From positions 62,590-126,589 of the forward strand of contig JAHFOS010000002.1 of assembly GCA_023261545.1 (NCBI GenBank): a stretch of 64,000 bases of DNA, in the 5' to 3' direction. The stretch's first letter is position 1. Every line of letters starts with the position of its first letter. The DNA is from a bacterium (GTDB lineage Bacteria > Planctomycetota > JADGBV01). Made by a program: the position numbers and the translations under genes. The notes under the pieces are model-generated. The model was not told where the DNA came from and searched no databases. It saw only the letters and a program-made list of their open reading frames with translations. Positions 26,598 through 36,308 of the stretch are shown one piece after another.

Positions 26598-27992
26598 TCA
26601 GCCTGCGGCGTTTTCGAGCAACACCGCCCGCACCGCTGCGGCGTCAGCCGGCAACACCTGCTTGCGGCGCGGCAACTTCTCCAGCGCCTTGAACTCGGCG
26701 GGCAGCTCGATTTTGCGGCCCAGCGCGCGCTCTACCGCCGCCGGAAATTTCCCGGGGTGCGCGGTGGCGAGCACCATGACATCATCCCCGCCGGCTTCGG
26801 CCAGGCCAGCGTGGAGTCCCACGGCGCCGTGGGGGTCGAGGACGCAGCCGTGGTCGCGGTCGAAGTGGCGGATAGCCTCATGGCACTCTTCCTCGCTCAC
26901 GCGGCGGGCGGCGAAATCCCTGCGGAATTCCGCGAGCGTGGCGGGGTCCACGGTGAAACGGCCTTGGGCTTTGAGGTCGTCCATGTACTGGCGCACGGGC
27001 GTGGCATTGCGGCCGTGGAGCAGGAATAGCAGGCGCTCGAAGTTGCTACTCACCTGGATGTCCATGGAGGGGCTGGAGGTCGGCACCACCGCGCGCGGGG
27101 TGTAGGCACCGCTCTGGGCGAAGCGCGCCAGGATGTCGTTCTCGTTGGTGGCGACGATGAGTTTCTCCAGCGGGAGGCCCATCTTTTTCGCGACATAGCC
27201 GGCGAAGATATCGCCGAAGTTGCCGGTGGGCACGCTGCACAGCAGCGGCGCTCCGATCTTCTTGCCGGACGCCTCCAAAAAGCGGAAGTAGCCATGGAAA
27301 TAGTACACGATCTGCGAGAGAATGCGCGACCAGTTGATGGAGTTCACCGCCGCCAGTGACAGCCGGTCGCGGAGCGCAACGTCCGCGAAAAGTTCCTTCA
27401 CCACGGCCTGGCAGTCGTCGAAAGTCCCGCGCAACGCCAGGCAGTGGACGTTGGCCTCCGGCACCGTGGTCATCTGCAACTCCTGGACGGGGCTCACGCG
27501 GCCTTCGGGGAAGAGGATGAAGACGCGGTTGCCTTTGCGCCCTTTTAGGCCGTGGATGGCGGCACTGCCGGTGTCGCCGCTGGTGGCGCCGAGCACGGTG
27601 CGCTCGCCGTGCGAAGCGGGCCAGAGTTCGAAAAGCAGGCCCAAGGTTTGCAGCGCCACGTCTTTGAAGGACCAGGTGGGGCCGTGGAAGAGTTCGAGCA
27701 GATGCGTGCGCCCGAAGCTCCTGAGTGGCGCGACGCGCGGGTCGCGGAAGGCTTTGAAGCCGCGGTGCAATAGGGATTCGAGGGCCTCGCCTTGGAGATC
27801 GCCGCCAGTGTAGATCGCGAAGATTTCCCGGGCGAGATCGGGATAATCGAGCCGGCGCCAGGATGCAAGCCGGCTGGAAACGTCGGGAAACTCAAGGGGC
27901 AGGAGCAACCCGCCGTCACGGGCGAGCCCTTCGAGCACCGCCTCCTTGAAACCGAGGCGCTGCGCCCCGCCGCGGGTGCTCTCGTAGAGCAA
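26598..27992 (-). CDS. thrC: Threonine synthase
   Basis: MLYESTRGG N-terminus typical of long-form ThrC; PLP-fold regions FHGPTWSFKDVALQ and GATSGDTGSAA. Confidence 0.85.
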   Translation of the reverse strand: MLYESTRGGAQRLGFKEAVLEGLARDGGLLLPLEFPDVSSRLASWRRLDYPDLAREIFAIYTGGDLQGEALESLLHRGFKAFRDPRVAPLRSFGRTHLLELFHGPTWSFKDVALQTLGLLFELWPASHGERTVLGATSGDTGSAAIHGLKGRKGNRVFILFPEGRVSPVQELQMTTVPEANVHCLALRGTFDDCQAVVKELFADVALRDRLSLAAVNSINWSRILSQIVYYFHGYFRFLEASGKKIGAPLLCSVPTGNFGDIFAGYVAKKMGLPLEKLIVATNENDILARFAQSGAYTPRAVVPTSSPSMDIQVSSNFERLLFLLHGRNATPVRQYMDDLKAQGRFTVDPATLAEFRRDFAARRVSEEECHEAIRHFDRDHGCVLDPHGAVGLHAGLAEAGGDDVMVLATAHPGKFPAAVERALGRKIELPAEFKALEKLPRRKQVLPADAAAVRAVLLENAAG

Positions 27993-28006
27993 GGGTTGCT
28001 AGGCTC

Positions 28007-29059
28007 TCAGCCGTGCACCGCCGCCGGTTCCGTGTCGGCGGCGATGGGGGGCGCGATGCGCAATTCCTTGACGCGGCGGTAGATTTCCCCGGCCTGGTCG
28101 CGGTGTTCTTTCAGATAAGCAATAGCTTGGTCGCGGCCCTGGCCGATGTTGGCGTCCTTGTAGCTGAACCAGGCGCCGGTGCGCGTGAGGACCTTGGCCT
28201 CGATGCCGAGGTCGAGGAGCTCCCCCATCTGCGAAATGCCCTCGTTGAAGATGACGTCGAACTCGGCCTGGCGGAAAGGCGGGGCCACCTTGTTCTTCAC
28301 GACCTTCACGATCACGCGGTTGCCGTAAACCTCGTCGCCGTGTTTCAGGGCCTCGCGGCGGCGGATGTCGAGGCGCACCGAGGCGTAGAACTTGAGGGCG
28401 TTGCCGCCGGTGGTGACCTCGGGGCTGCCGTAAACCACGCCGATTTTCGAGCGTATTTGATTGATGAACACCACCGCCGTCTTGGACTTGCCGACAACGG
28501 AGGTGAGCTTGCGCATGGCCTGGGACATCATGCGCGCCTGGGAGCCCATCTGAAATTCGCCCATCTCGCCTTCGAGCTCGCTTTTGGGAACGAGGGCCGC
28601 CACCGAGTCCACGATCACCACGTCCACGGCGGAGCTGCGCACCAGCATGTCGCAGACCTCGAGCGCCTGCTCGCCGTGATCGGGCTGGGAGATGAGCAGG
28701 TCGTCCAGGTTCACGCCGAGCTTGCTCGCGTAAGTCGGGTCGAGGGCGTGCTCGGCGTCAATGAAGGCCGCCGCGCCGCCGGCCTTCTGGGCGTTGGCGA
28801 CGATGTGCAGCGCCAGCGTGGTCTTGCCCGAGGATTCGGGGCCGTAGATCTCGATGATGCGCCCGCGCGGGATGCCGCCCACGCCGATGGCGAGGTCCAA
28901 GGTCAGGCTGCCCGTGGGGATGGCGTCAACGTCCACTTTGTAGTTCTGGCCCAGGCGCATGATGGTGCCCTTGCCGAACTGCTTCTCGATGGCCTCCAGC
29001 GTGACTTTCAAGGCGGCGGTCCTGACGCTGTCAACGGAGTTCTCGGTTTTCTTGGCCAT
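28007..29059 (-). CDS. recA: Recombinase RecA
   Basis: [22 protein letters not shown], Walker [14 protein letters not shown], and [37 protein letters not shown]. Confidence 0.95.
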   Translation of the reverse strand: MAKKTENSVDSVRTAALKVTLEAIEKQFGKGTIMRLGQNYKVDVDAIPTGSLTLDLAIGVGGIPRGRIIEIYGPESSGKTTLALHIVANAQKAGGAAAFIDAEHALDPTYASKLGVNLDDLLISQPDHGEQALEVCDMLVRSSAVDVVIVDSVAALVPKSELEGEMGEFQMGSQARMMSQAMRKLTSVVGKSKTAVVFINQIRSKIGVVYGSPEVTTGGNALKFYASVRLDIRRREALKHGDEVYGNRVIVKVVKNKVAPPFRQAEFDVIFNEGISQMGELLDLGIEAKVLTRTGAWFSYKDANIGQGRDQAIAYLKEHRDQAGEIYRRVKELRIAPPIAADTEPAAVHG

Positions 29060-29212
29060 GGCCGATCCTGGAAAGTAAAGGGGTACGGCTTCTTAGCCGG
29101 CCTCTCCAAAGCTCAAGCGCAAGAGCGCAATCCGGTCTGCGTAGGGGCAACCGGTGGTTGCCCCCTTGTGGTTGCCCCATGTGTTGTTGTCCCCGCCGTG
29201 GATTTCCCGGAT

Positions 29213-29283
29213 GTAGGGCACCCGGTGGGTGCCCCCCCGGTGGGTGCCCCCCCGGTGGGTGCCCCCCCGGTGGGTGCCCCCCC
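29213..29283. repeat. Tandem 15-bp direct repeat (GGTGGGTGCCCCCCC, about 4.5 copies) in the recA upstream region; G7 tracts on the minus strand
   Basis: cacccggtgggtgcccccccggtgggtgcccccccggtgggtgcccccccggtgggtgccccccc. It is translated as GGHPP repeats in a spurious ORF. Confidence 0.7.
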
Positions 29284-29296
29284 ACAAGGAGCGCCC

Positions 29297-30420
29297 CTAC
29301 CTCAAGAAGAGCCGGCGCCATAGCCCGCGCCAGGCTCCGGTGCCGGCCTGCTGCAGCCGCGCGCGCGCGCGTCGGCGCCTTTCCAGGGCTTCCTCGGCGA
29401 GGATGATGAGCGGGCTGAAGGCGCAGCCCGGGCCTTCCCCCGCCTTTTCGCCAGGGGCGGTGAGGACCTCGGGTTCGAGCGGGAGGACATCCCGCAGGAA
29501 GGCGAAAGAGGCGTAGAGGCGCGCGCCCTCCCCGGTGAGCAGCAGCGGGTGGCGGATGGCCTTGAGCTGTCCCGCCGTTTCAAGCTCGGCGCGCAACAGG
29601 TGCGCCAGGCGCTCGAATTCGTCCGCGAGGAAGTCTTTGATCTCCCCGAGATGGGCATCCAAAACGGGCAGCAATTCGAGGCGCTCCTTCCAGCGCCCGG
29701 TGTTCAAAAAGGCCGTGGGCACGGCGAGGTCCAGGACGGCGCGTCCCTGCTCGGGTTTGAGTTGCCAGCGCTCGGCCAGAGTTTTTGCCAGCGCGGCTAA
29801 GGAGAAATCCAGTTGGCACAGATGGAGCACCGCCGAGCCCGAGAAAACCAGCAGCACGGAGTTTTCCTCGTACAACCCCAGCAGGGCCTGCGGACCTGTC
29901 CTGGCGCGGCCGAGAGGATGGACGAGCGTGGCGAAGGTCAGGAAATCCTCTGGAAAAAGGCCCTGGTTGAGCAAACTTTTCTCCAAGATCTGGTGGTCCT
30001 GCAGCGGCAGGGAAAAAACGCAGCCAGCGCCGCCTTCGGCATCTTCGAAAACCTCCACGGGTTCGTGATGCGCAGGCAGCTCCCCGATGGGGAAATTCAA
30101 GCGCGGGACGTCGAGCAGCGGATGGTGGCTCTCCTGAGCGCGGCGGTAAGCCGCCGCGGCGCGCGTGCGCTGGAAATGCACCTGCGAACCGCGGAGCCAG
30201 CAGAACACGGTCTGGGGCTTGATCTGATGCCGCTCCTCGATGGGGGCCAACAGTTGGCGCAAGACCGCGCCGGATTCCTGCTCGCCGCAAGGCAGGCCGG
30301 CGCGGACGCCGCGCGAGGGGACTTGCAGCGTCTCCAGGGCCACGCGTTGGCCCTGTTCATAGCAGGCGTAGAGCAGGCGGCTTTGGACATCCCCCCATTC
30401 GAGGATGAGGATGTGCTCCT
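29297..30420 (-). CDS. Hypothetical protein. The start is uncertain: the track ORF extends to 30640 and overlaps accA by about 190 nt, so the true start is probably downstream
   Basis: Long ORF with coding-like composition (HILILEWGDVQSRLLYACYEQGQRVALETL...). No in-frame ATG; likely GTG or CTG start. No confident family assignment. Confidence 0.4.
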
Positions 30421-30447
30421 CCCGATCCAGGCCGGTCCCCGGCGCGC

Positions 30448-31446
30448 TCAGCCTTTTTTCACCGCCTTCTTCTGGGCGGCCTCCAGGCGGCTTTCGAGGT
30501 AGCAGCCCACGCCCCGGTAGCGCGCCTGGCGGCGCTGGAGCAGATCGTCCACTTCGACGGCGCAGAGTTCCTGGAGACGGCGCAGGATGGCGCCGCGCAG
30601 GGTGGCGGCGGCCTCCTTGGGGTTTTTGTGCGAACCGCAAAAAGGTTCAGGCAGCACGTCGTCAATAATGCCGAATTTCTTGAGGTGCGGCGTGGTGCAT
30701 TTGAGGGCCGAGGCCGCCAGCTCGGCCTTGGAAACGTCCTTCCAGAGGATGGACGCGCAGCCTTCGGGAGAAATCACCGAGAGGTAGGCGTAATCGAACA
30801 TATCCAAAACGTCGCCCACGCCGATGCCCAGGGCTCCGCCGCTGCCGCCCTCGGACATGATCACGCAATAGATGGGAACCCTGAGCTGCGTCAGTTCCAT
30901 GATGTTGCGCGCCAAGGCCTCGGACTGGTTGTGCTCCTCGGCTTCCCGGCCCGGAAAGGCCCCCGGCGTGTTGACCATGCAAACCAGGGGCAGGCCGAAT
31001 TTTTCGGCGAGCCTCATCTTCTGGAGCGCCTTACGATAACCTTCGGGGTGGGGGTAGCCGAAGTGGCAGGCGATTTTTTCCTCGGTGCTCTCGCCGCGAA
31101 AATGGCCGATGACGAAGAAACGGCGATCCTCGATGCGCGCGAAACCGCAGCGCACCGCGGGGTCGTCCTTCAAGTGGCGGTCGCCGAAGAGTTCGATGAA
31201 CTCGTCAAAAGCATTGTCCCGGAAGAACTTGAAGGTGGGGCGCAGGGGATGGCGCGCCAACTGGACGCGATTCCAGTCGGTGAGCGAGCTAAAAATCTTG
31301 GTGCCGACCTTGCGGTACTCCTGGCGCAGTTCTTCCAGCTCCTTGGAGAGGTCAATGGTCTGGGCCTTGGAGAAAGTCTCCAGCTCGTCTATTTTGCGCT
31401 GGATTTCCACCAGGGGCGCCTCGAAGGGCAGTGTGAAACTCTCCAT
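30448..31446 (-). CDS. accA: Acetyl-CoA carboxylase carboxyltransferase alpha subunit
   Basis: MESFTLPFEAPLVEIQRKIDEL...ARHPLRPTF...FVIGHFRG...GGSGGALGIGVGD is the canonical AccA sequence. Confidence 0.9.
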   Translation of the reverse strand: MESFTLPFEAPLVEIQRKIDELETFSKAQTIDLSKELEELRQEYRKVGTKIFSSLTDWNRVQLARHPLRPTFKFFRDNAFDEFIELFGDRHLKDDPAVRCGFARIEDRRFFVIGHFRGESTEEKIACHFGYPHPEGYRKALQKMRLAEKFGLPLVCMVNTPGAFPGREAEEHNQSEALARNIMELTQLRVPIYCVIMSEGGSGGALGIGVGDVLDMFDYAYLSVISPEGCASILWKDVSKAELAASALKCTTPHLKKFGIIDDVLPEPFCGSHKNPKEAAATLRGAILRRLQELCAVEVDDLLQRRQARYRGVGCYLESRLEAAQKKAVKKG

Positions 31447-31530
31447 GGCCCGCTAATTTACCCCCCCCGGGCGGCCAGCAAGCCGCTGGGAACGCCTGGG
31501 AGGTCGGCCAGAGAAATAGAAAGGACGCGC

Positions 31531-31992
31531 GTGTCCAAGGTTCTTGTGCTCGTGGGAGAGACCTGCAAGGATCGCCCCTGCGAAGAACTCAGCCTTTACT
31601 ACCTGAAATTGTGCTCGCGCTTCCTCCCCGTGGCGCGCGTCTGCTACGGCGCGGGCAGCGGCGCCCGCGAGCCCTGGATGGCGCGCGAGCGTACCGGCAT
31701 CGAAAAGCGGCTGCAAACCTGCGGACGGGCGGTGCTGCTCGACGAATCCGGCGCCACCTATTCGACCCTGGAACTCCTGAAGAAATTCGAGGGCTGGATC
31801 GCCGCGGGCCGCGGGCCGCTGGCTTTCGTGCTGGGCGGGCCCTACGGACTGCACCGCGATCTTTTCGTCCCTGGGCGCGAACGGCTCAGTCTGTCAAAGC
31901 TCACGCTGCCGCACGAGCTTGCCCTTGTAGTCCTACTCGAACAGCTATACCGCGTGCTCGCCATCCGTAGCGGCAAGCGGTACCATTATTGA
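31531..31992 (+). CDS. rlmH: 23S rRNA (pseudouridine1915-N3)-methyltransferase RlmH (SPOUT family)
   Basis: GTG start with AAGGA Shine-Dalgarno. C-terminus GGPYGLHRDLFVPGRERLSLSKLTLPHELALVVLLEQLYRVLAI matches the RlmH GGPxGL...LSLSxLTLPHxL signature. Confidence 0.75.
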   Translation: MSKVLVLVGETCKDRPCEELSLYYLKLCSRFLPVARVCYGAGSGAREPWMARERTGIEKRLQTCGRAVLLDESGATYSTLELLKKFEGWIAAGRGPLAFVLGGPYGLHRDLFVPGRERLSLSKLTLPHELALVVLLEQLYRVLAIRSGKRYHY

Positions 31993-32002
31993 GCGCGGCA
32001 GC

Positions 32003-32638
32003 ATGAAGGTCCTGGTTGACGGTGAAGAAGGTCTCATCGCGGTGCGCGCGGGCGTGAAGCTCGAAAACGTGCTGCCGCAAATCGAGTCCGTGCTGGCGGC
32101 CTCGCGGCGCGCGGTCGAGGTACTCCGCTGGAACGGCGCGGAAATCGAGGCCGACCAGTTGCAGGCCCTGCTGGAGAAGGAAAAACCCGATTCCGAGGGC
32201 GTGCTGGAGGTGTGCACCGTGGACCTCGCGGATCACCTCATCGGGCTGCTGGACGCCTTGGTTGCCAACCTGGACGGCATGGAGGAGCGCGCCGTCGAAA
32301 TAGCCGACCAGTACCTCAAGTTCGACAACCGCGCTTCCCTGAACCTGCTCTCCGAGTGGTGCGGGGATCTGGACGCCATGCTCGCCAACATCCAGGAGGT
32401 GCGCCGCAACTTCGGCGCCACCGGCTCCGCTGGCGAGGGTTTCGAGGCGACGCTGGAGCAGATCCGGAGTCTGGCGGCGCAGATGCTGGAGGCGATGGAA
32501 AAGGGGCGCAAGACGGTCCTGGCGGACCTCATGGAATTCGAGATGCCCAACTGTCTGGGCAAGCTGCGGGATATCTTTCCGGTTCTCAAAACAAACGTGA
32601 CAAAAATGCTGCGCCCGGTTCCTGGGGAAAAGGCGTGA
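32003..32638 (+). CDS. Hypothetical protein (211 aa)
   Basis: Complete ORF, translationally coupled (GTGA overlap) to sucC; no recognised motif. Confidence 0.5.
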   Translation: MKVLVDGEEGLIAVRAGVKLENVLPQIESVLAASRRAVEVLRWNGAEIEADQLQALLEKEKPDSEGVLEVCTVDLADHLIGLLDALVANLDGMEERAVEIADQYLKFDNRASLNLLSEWCGDLDAMLANIQEVRRNFGATGSAGEGFEATLEQIRSLAAQMLEAMEKGRKTVLADLMEFEMPNCLGKLRDIFPVLKTNVTKMLRPVPGEKA

Positions 32639-33798
32639 ACGTCCACGAATACCAGGCCAAGGAACTGCTGCGGCACTACGGGGTTCCCGTGCCCGCCGGC
32701 GCGGTGGCCGGCAAGCCCGAGCAGGTGCCGGTATTGGCTGAAAAACTCGGCGGGCGCGTCGTCATCAAGGCGCAAGTGCATGCGGGCGGCCGCGGCAAGG
32801 CCGGCGGCGTGAAGCTCGCCTCCAACCCCGAGGAGGCGCTGGCGCACGCGCGCGGCATCCTGGGCATGCGGCTGGTGACGCCCCAGACCGGAGCCGAGGG
32901 CCGGCTGGTGCGCAAGGTGCTGGTGGAGGCCGCCGTTTCCATCCAGAAGGAGTTCTATCTCGCGGCCCTGGTGGACCGCGAGAGCGCGCGCCCCGTCATC
33001 ATCGCCTGCCGCGAGGGTGGCATGGAGATCGAAGCGGTGGCCCACAGCGCGCCGGAGAAGATCGCGCGCGAAGTCGTGGACCCCCTGGCCGGGCTTCAGC
33101 CCTTCCAGGCGCGCCACGTCGCCGCAGCCCTGGGTCTGGAGGGCGAGGCCGCCAAGGCGGTTTTTCCCCTGCTCACGGGCCTTTACCGCCTGCTCATCGA
33201 GAAAGACGCCAGCCAAGTCGAGATCAACCCCCTGGTCATCACCGCCGCAGGCCAGTTGCTCGCCGCCGACGCCAAAATCAACTTCGACGACAATGCTCTG
33301 TTCCGCCATCCCGATATCGCCAGGCTCCGGGATCTGCACGAGGAGCAGCCGCTGGAAGTGGAGGCCTCGAAGTATCACTTGAATTACATCCGGCTTCACG
33401 GCGAAATCGGCTGTATGGTGAACGGCGCGGGGCTCGCCATGGCCACCATGGATGTCATCCAGCATTGTGGTGGCTCGCCCGCCAACTTCCTGGACGTGGG
33501 CGGCGGCGCCAATGCCGAGACCGTGGAGCAGGCTTTCCGCATCATCCTCAAGGACAAGAACGTGAGGGCCATCCTCATCAACATCTTCGGCGGCATCGTG
33601 CGCTGCGACCGGGTGGCCAGCGGCGTGGCCGAGGCCGCGCGCAAGGTGCGCGTAAAGCTGCCGGTGGTGGTGCGCCTGGCGGGTACCAACGCCGAGGAGG
33701 GCCGCAAGATCCTCGACGAGTCGGGCCTGAGTTTCCTCACCGCCGCGAGCCTGGCCGAGGCCGCCCACAAGGCGGTGGAGGCCGTGAAGAGTTTATGA
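32635..33798 (+). CDS. sucC: Succinyl-CoA synthetase beta subunit
   Basis: VNVHEYQAKELLRHYGVPVP N-terminus from GTG at 32635, ATP-grasp domain, C-terminal IFGGIVRCD. Confidence 0.9.
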   Translation: MNVHEYQAKELLRHYGVPVPAGAVAGKPEQVPVLAEKLGGRVVIKAQVHAGGRGKAGGVKLASNPEEALAHARGILGMRLVTPQTGAEGRLVRKVLVEAAVSIQKEFYLAALVDRESARPVIIACREGGMEIEAVAHSAPEKIAREVVDPLAGLQPFQARHVAAALGLEGEAAKAVFPLLTGLYRLLIEKDASQVEINPLVITAAGQLLAADAKINFDDNALFRHPDIARLRDLHEEQPLEVEASKYHLNYIRLHGEIGCMVNGAGLAMATMDVIQHCGGSPANFLDVGGGANAETVEQAFRIILKDKNVRAILINIFGGIVRCDRVASGVAEAARKVRVKLPVVVRLAGTNAEEGRKILDESGLSFLTAASLAEAAHKAVEAVKSL

Positions 33799-33825
33799 AC
33801 CTGAAAATGGCAGTTGAAAGATATC

Positions 33826-33960
33826 CTGTAAGCGTTCAGCCCGTAATTGCCTTCGCATCGCGGCATCAACAACCAGGCCCGTTCGTGCTGAGCCTGTCGA
33901 AGCATGAATGGGCCGAAACCTCCCGCCGTTCACCCTTCGACAAGCTCAGGGCGAACGGCG
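33826..33960. repeat. REP-like double-hairpin repeat element, copy A (~135 bp), immediately after the sucC stop
   Basis: GTAAGCGTTCAGCCC...AGGCCCGTTCGTGCTGAGCCTGTCGAAGCATGAATGGGCC...CCGCCGTTCACCCTTCGACAAGCTCAGGGCGAACGGCG. Each half is a stem-loop, and the two loops are complementary to each other. Confidence 0.55.
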
Positions 33961-34003
33961 AGCGACTTTTCGATAGGGCGGACTACTTGCTGTCGCATTT
34001 TGG

Positions 34004-34885
34004 ATGAGCGTCCTCGTCGGCAAGCAGACGCGCGTGCTGGTGCAGGGTATCACCGGCAAGGAGGGGTCCTTCCACGCCGAGCAGATGATCGCCTACGGCA
34101 CCAAGGTGGTGGCCGGCGTGACGCCGGGCAAGGGCGGCTCTGAGCACCTCGGCGTGCCCATCTTCAATTCCGTTCGTGATGCCGTGGCCAAGACGCGCGC
34201 CAACGCCTCGGTCATCTTCGTGCCGCCGGCTTTTGCCGCCGACGCCATCCTGGAGTCCATCGCCGCGGGCGTCCCGCTGGTGGTGTGCATCACCGAAGGC
34301 GTGCCGGTCCTGGACATGATGCGCGTCAAACACGCGCTCAAGAATTCCGCCAGCGTGCTTATCGGCCCCAACTGCCCGGGCATCATCACCCCCGGCGAAT
34401 GCAAGATCGGCATCATGCCGGGTTTTATCCACAAAAAGGGCAAGGCCGGCGTCGTCAGCCGCTCGGGCACGCTCACCTACGAAACCGTGGATCAGCTCAC
34501 CCGCGCCGGCATCGGCGAAACCTCCTGCATCGGCATCGGTGGCGACCCCATCGGCGGGCTCTCCTTCCTGGACGCCGTGAAGCTCTTCGAGAAGGACAAG
34601 GAAACCAAGCTCCTGGTCCTCATCGGCGAAATCGGCGGCAGCAAGGAGGAGGAAGCCGCCTCCTATATCAAGCAACACCTCAAAATCCCCGTCATCGCCT
34701 TCATCGCCGGCCGCACCGCGCCACCCGGCCGGCGCATGGGCCACGCCGGCGCCATCGTCTCCGGCGGCAAAGGCGACGCCGCCTCGAAAATCGCGTTTCT
34801 CAAACGCTGCGGCCTCAAGGTCGTGGACACCCCCTCGGAAATCGGGGAGGCGGCGCTGAAGCTGCTGAAAAAGAAGGGGCATTGA
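34004..34885 (+). CDS. sucD: Succinyl-CoA synthetase alpha subunit
   Basis: [24 protein letters not shown], CoA-binding domain, phosphohistidine loop GHAGAIV. Confidence 0.9.
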   Translation: MSVLVGKQTRVLVQGITGKEGSFHAEQMIAYGTKVVAGVTPGKGGSEHLGVPIFNSVRDAVAKTRANASVIFVPPAFAADAILESIAAGVPLVVCITEGVPVLDMMRVKHALKNSASVLIGPNCPGIITPGECKIGIMPGFIHKKGKAGVVSRSGTLTYETVDQLTRAGIGETSCIGIGGDPIGGLSFLDAVKLFEKDKETKLLVLIGEIGGSKEEEAASYIKQHLKIPVIAFIAGRTAPPGRRMGHAGAIVSGGKGDAASKIAFLKRCGLKVVDTPSEIGEAALKLLKKKGH

Positions 34886-34891
34886 TTCGGC

Positions 34892-35018
34892 GTAAGCGTT
34901 CAACCCACGGAACGTGTCTTCGTCTTACCACCGGCATTCAGGTCCGTTCTTGCTGGGCTTGTCGAAGCATGAACGGGCCGTGACCGCCCTTGCCGTCCAC
35001 CCTTCGACAAGCTCAGGG
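34892..35018. repeat. REP-like double-hairpin repeat element, copy B, immediately after the sucD stop
   Basis: GTAAGCGTTCAACCCACGG...GGTCCGTTCTTGCTGGGCTTGTCGAAGCATGAACGGGCC...CCGTCCACCCTTCGACAAGCTCAGGGCGAACGGCGG. Confidence 0.55.
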
Positions 35019-35055
35019 CGAACGGCGGGGTACACGCGATGCTTGGGTAAAAAGA

Positions 35056-35714
35056 TGAGAGGGTTGGCCTGCGGCATAGCTATCACCGTGATGGTTTTCT
35101 TACTGTCAGGGTGTAATATTCCCCTCTCCCTGCAGCCTTTTCACACAGAAAAAGACCGCGTGGCTATGCAGGAAAAGGTCGCCGGTCCTTGGCAATTGAC
35201 CGTCTATGTAGGAAAAGAGTGGGAGGGGGAGGATACCCGGCCATGGGTGTTCAGTGGGAATCAGAGCGCGGTGAAGCTCGAAACCTATGACGCAAAAAAC
35301 AGGCGCGCTTTGCTCGATATCGCGTTCTTCAATTCCGGCAAGGCGCTTTTTTGTGACATTTTTCCCGGAGATTCCGACCGCCAAGATCAAGACAGTGAAA
35401 TTTTGGAGCTACACATGATTCCGTGTCACTCGGTAGCTAAGGTGTTCGTGACACCAGAGCGACTCAAATTCTTTTTTCTGAATTTTGAATGGTTGGAATC
35501 AGAGTTAGAGAAAGGCAACGTCAAGCTCCGGCGCATTGAGACCGAGACGCATCGTCTGTTGCTCTTCGACGAACCACCGGAAACATGGAAATCCTTTCTG
35601 CTCGAACACGGCGACAACCCCGAAGCCTTTCCCGAAAAGACCCGCATCGAACTCATCCGGCCCAACCCGGCGGAGCCGGAACCCAAAGACAAGGCACTAA
35701 AAAGTCCCCCATAG
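35056..35714 (+). CDS. Hypothetical lipoprotein
   Basis: MRGLACGIAITVMVFLLSGC is a signal peptide with a lipobox Cys. The longer track ORF (34914) reads through the REP element and is rejected as the start. Confidence 0.5.
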
Positions 35715-35773
35715 CCTTTCCCCCTCCGCATTCTCCGCGCCTAAAACCTTGAAAATAGACGGTTTTTACTAAA

Positions 35774-36031
35774 ATGCTGCGCATGAAAAATAAATCAGGC
35801 AACCTGCTGGAGAAGGCCCTGAACCTGAGTCCCAATGCAAGAGCCGCCATCGCTCATTGCCTGATTCAGAGCCTGGAAGAGCCGTCAGACCTGAACCACG
35901 AGAAAGCATGGTTGAAAATCGCCAAGAAGAGATGGGAGGAAATCGAGCGAGGTGAAGCGCAAACGGTGAAATGGGGTGCGATTAAAAATAGTATCGTGAA
36001 AAAATATGCTAAGCCTCGAGTTTCACGCTGA
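35774..36031 (+). CDS. Putative addiction-module antitoxin (Unstab_antitox-like)
   Basis: LSPNARAAIAHCLIQSLEEP...EKAWLKIAKKRWEEIERGEAQTVKW matches the family pattern. Its stop overlaps the start of the downstream ParE-like ORF. Confidence 0.55.
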   Translation: MLRMKNKSGNLLEKALNLSPNARAAIAHCLIQSLEEPSDLNHEKAWLKIAKKRWEEIERGEAQTVKWGAIKNSIVKKYAKPRVSR

Positions 36032-36308
36032 TGTTCGTCATGAAATTGAAAGCGCCGTTGATTAGTACGAAAATCAATCTCCGGGATTGGGTTTTGACTA
36101 CCTGAGCGAACTGGAGGAAAGTTTCGCCATCCTGTTGTCAAATCCAAACGCCTGGATTAATTTGGAGTTTGGTTTTAAGAAGTTCATCTTGCATAGGTTT
36201 CCATTTTCGATAATTTATAGAATTCAAAATAATATTGTGTTTGTTCTTGCTGTAGCGCACGCCGGTCGAAAACCAGGCTATTGGCAATCGAGACTAGGGG
36301 CGGGTTGA
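36003..36308 (+). pseudogene. ParE/RelE-family toxin gene inactivated by an in-frame amber codon (TGG to TAG at 36060-36062)
   Basis: ATG 36003 gives MLSLEFHADVRHEIESAVD, then TAG, then the same frame continues YENQSPGLGFDYLSELEESFAILLSNPNAWINLEFGFKKFILHRFPFSIIYRIQNNIVFVLAVAHAGRKPGYW. The conserved Trp of the ParE A..DW.Y motif sits at the stop position. Confidence 0.5.

Noticed and set aside
29031-29321. ORFs encoding GGHPPGGHPP... and RAPGGCPPGGCPP... repeats
   Set aside because: They are translations of the 15-bp tandem DNA repeat in the recA upstream region, not protein-coding genes. The array is not a CRISPR: no spacers, and the unit is only 15 bp
30628-31992. 454-aa plus-strand ORF
   Set aside because: Only the 3' 462 nt (from GTG 31531) encodes RlmH. 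The upstream part is antisense to accA and lacks coding character
32212-33798. 528-aa version of sucC with a long N-terminal extension
   Set aside because: The canonical SucC N-terminus (VNVHEYQAKELL) starts at GTG 32635 with a GTGA overlap to the upstream gene. The extension overlaps the 32003-32638 gene in another frame
34914-35714. 266-aa form of the lipoprotein ORF
   Set aside because: The first ~47 codons read through the REP-like element. The real start is the ATG at 35056, which gives a signal peptide and lipobox
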